The translations under genes and the position numbers were made by a program. Under the pieces are notes generated by a model. It was not told the origin of the DNA. It did no database searches and was given only the letters and a program-made list of their open reading frames with translations. 26,612 bases of DNA, from positions 2,429,180-2,455,791 of the forward strand of contig CM119267.1 in the NCBI GenBank assembly GCA_051294375.1. The letters are read 5' to 3'. This stretch comes from Paraspadella gotoi (Eukaryota; Animalia; Chaetognatha). Positions 24,172 through 26,612 of this stretch are shown piece after piece; the stretch's first letter is position 1; the number at the start of each line of letters is the position of its first letter.

Positions 24172-24347
24172 CGCTACTTCTACCCCTCTAGCACCCATGG
24201 GACGGGTCCTGGGCTTGGAATCCGAGTTGAGGGTTTTCCACGCCCCCAAGGCGGTTTATGTCCGTCCTCACGCTTCCCGCAGGGTAGGTACCGGGATGGG
24301 ATTGAACCCGGTACTTGATGGCTTTACTCAACGAGCCACCGGGTCAC
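24172..24347 (-). mobile_element. tRNA-derived SINE (anticodon arm deleted)
   Basis: Minus strand has A-box-like TGGCTCGTTGAG (24338-24327) and B box GGTTCAATCCC (24308-24298), then a GC-rich body. Homologous copy at 7063-7115. Ends approximate. Confidence 0.7.
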
Positions 24348-25759
24348 GACTGAAGGTGTCTCGCTTATAGGAGGGGTGAACTTATGCTATGCCTGACTAC
24401 ATATATAATAATATATATCAGAAATTACATTCATAAAAAAATTGAAAACGACGCAAGGCCTTCAACTTTCCGGTTCTTTTTATTAACTTTTTTTATCTTT
24501 TATTATTTTCTTTAAAAAAAAGAAAAAAGTTTTCTCTTTCTAATTTTATTTGCATTTTTTTCCTCTTCTCATATTTTATAATCCCCTTATCTGGCCAAGG
24601 CCGTTCCCCGTTACCAATATTTCAAATTCAAGGAGAGAATNNNNNNNNNNNNNNNNNNNNNNNNNNNNNNNNNNNNNNNNNNNNNNNNNNNNNNNNNNNN
24701 NNNNNNNNNNNNNNNNNNNNNNNNNNNNNNNNNNNNNNNNNNNNNNNNNNNNNNNNNNNNNNNNNNNNNNNNNNNNNNNNNNNNNNNNNNNNNNNNNNNN
24801 NGGAAAGAAGAGGACAGGAGTGGACAGGAAAAGAGAAAGGAAAAAAGGGTAGAGAGAAGAGAAGAGAGAGACAGAGACCGATCAAAACCGAGAGAGGAAG
24901 AGAAAAGAGAGAGAAGCACTAAGAGGAATAGAGAGAGAGAGCAAAAGTATAGCATTTAACTAAACGATTTTTGAACATCAAATTTCAAAACTAACAACTT
25001 AATTTCCAACAAGTCACTTATCTTTTGAGTCGAACCAACGAAAATTGTATCCGTTCGTTGATTTACGAACAAATTGAATCGAATAACGAACAAAAAAAGA
25101 AAGTGGAAACTAATCTTCAGCGGAAGGAAGAAGGTCGAGCAACACAATAAAGGCGGCTTTCATGAAAGAGAAACAATTTTGTGTAGCTTCCACTTTTTTT
25201 TCCAACACTCCCCTTAAAGAGAGAGAAAAAAAGAAGATTTCCCAGAATGACCTTGTCACGTTAACCTTCATTATTCACTTTCACCTTTCTTTCTTTTCTT
25301 TTTTCTTTTTCTTTTCTTTTCTTTTCTTATATTTTTCATTTCTTTTTCTTTCTCCTATTTTTTTCTCCAAAATTCTTGGGGCAAAAGTTTAACTTTTTGT
25401 GTCGCGTTTCATCCAAGNNNNNNNNNNNNNNNNNNNNNNNNNNNNNNNNNNNNNNNNNNNNNNNNNNNNNNNNNNNNNNNNNNNNNNNNNNNNNNNNNNN
25501 NNNNNNNNNNNNNNNNNNNNNNNNNNNNNNNNNNNNNNNNNNNNNNNNNNNNNNNNNNNNNNNNNNNNNNNNNNNNNNNNNNNNNNNNNNNNNNNNNNNN
25601 NNNNNNNNNNNNNNNNNNNNNNNNNNNNNNNNNNNNNNNNNNNNNNNTCGTCGTCGTCGTCGTCGTCGTCTTTCTCTATCCGAAGGCGACTTTTTTGTTT
25701 TCTCCTCCTACATTTTATCTTCCGGAATTTCTTTCCTCCTTTTGGCTCATTCTCTTTTC

Positions 25760-25791
<32 letters not shown>

Positions 25792-26104
25792 NNNNNNNNN
25801 NNNNNNNNNNNNNNNNNNNNNNNNNNNNNNNNNNNNNNNNNNNNNNNNNNNNNNNNNNNNNNNNNNNNNNNNNNNNNNNNNNNNNNNNNNNNNNNNNNNN
25901 NNNNNNNNNNNNNNNNNNNNNNNNNNNNNNNNNNNNNNNNNNNNNNNNNNNNNNNNNNNNNNNNNNNNNNNNNNNNNNNNNNNNNNNNNNNNNNNNGAGA
26001 GAGAGAGAGAGAGATAGTTACAGAGAGAGAGAGTAAGCTAGATAAGATATGCAAATGTTCGGCAGTAAAAAAGGCACATCAGATCCTCGCCTGAATTCCT
26101 GTCC

Positions 26105-26160
26105 CGTCGCCAGGCGTCGCCAGGCGTCGCCAGGCGTCGCCAGGCGTCGCCAGGCGTCGC
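26105..26160. repeat. 10-bp perfect tandem repeat, about 5.6 copies
   Basis: (cgtcgccagg)n. Confidence 0.95.
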
Positions 26161-26612
26161 TTGTCTTTCCATTTCTACCCAAATGTCAAAGCAAAGAATT
26201 CGTCACAAAAGTCGAGGGAATAGAAGAGAATCCCGAAGCCCAATGTCTTAGCCCAATGACTTTGCCCAAATTCGGGCAGAATTGGGCCCGCGTAGGATGT
26301 TTCATTTTTTTAAATCAAAATTTCCTGGTTTTTCCCTTTTTTGTGACCATCAAGATTATCATTAACAAATATTACTTTTTCTTTCCTTCACTTATCTTTT
26401 TCTTCTCTTCTGGTCATTCCTTTCTTTTCTTCTTTCCTTTTTCTTCACTTATCTTTTTCTTCTCTGCTCTTCTTTCCTTTCTTTTCTTCTTTCCTTTCTT
26501 TTCTTCTTTCTTTTCTTATATTCCTTCCTTTATTTTCTTATATCTTTTCTTCTTTCCTTTTATTTCTTTTTTCCTTCATTTTCTTCTTTCCTTGTTTATA
26601 TCTTCTTTCCTC

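Noticed and set aside
24290-24347. Functional tRNA gene
   Set aside because: The anticodon arm is missing and there is no acceptor stem; it is a SINE head.
22623-26056. Three ATGCAAAT octamers as an enhancer cluster
   Set aside because: Widely spaced, one lies inside a MITE candidate, and they are plausible by chance in AT-rich DNA.
24550-26094. ORFs spanning N runs (also 8179-8811)
   Set aside because: Their length is an artefact of assembly gaps.

Overview
This is a eukaryotic draft-assembly window, probably an invertebrate: AT-rich, CpG not depleted, very rich in microsatellites, with four N gaps. Almost every ORF in the supplied track is translated simple repeat. The one well-supported gene is the 3' end of a spliced minus-strand gene. 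Its three phase-compatible exons (7640-7499, 7319-7129, 6915-6781) encode about 155 aa ending in a hydrophobic, GPI-signal-like or membrane-anchor C-terminus, with an AATAAA about 90 nt after the stop. A further candidate exon runs into the 8252-8792 gap, and several weak micro-exon candidates lie upstream. The rest is repetitive: two copies of a tRNA-derived SINE (one in the gene's last intron), two MITE-like elements with terminal inverted repeats, ends resembling Helentron/DINE-type elements, two CCCTAA-rich repeat copies, and many minisatellites. Several tandem duplications amplify splice-donor sequences. I found no prokaryotic system, CRISPR array, rRNA or intact tRNA, and nothing demonstrates a new biological system.
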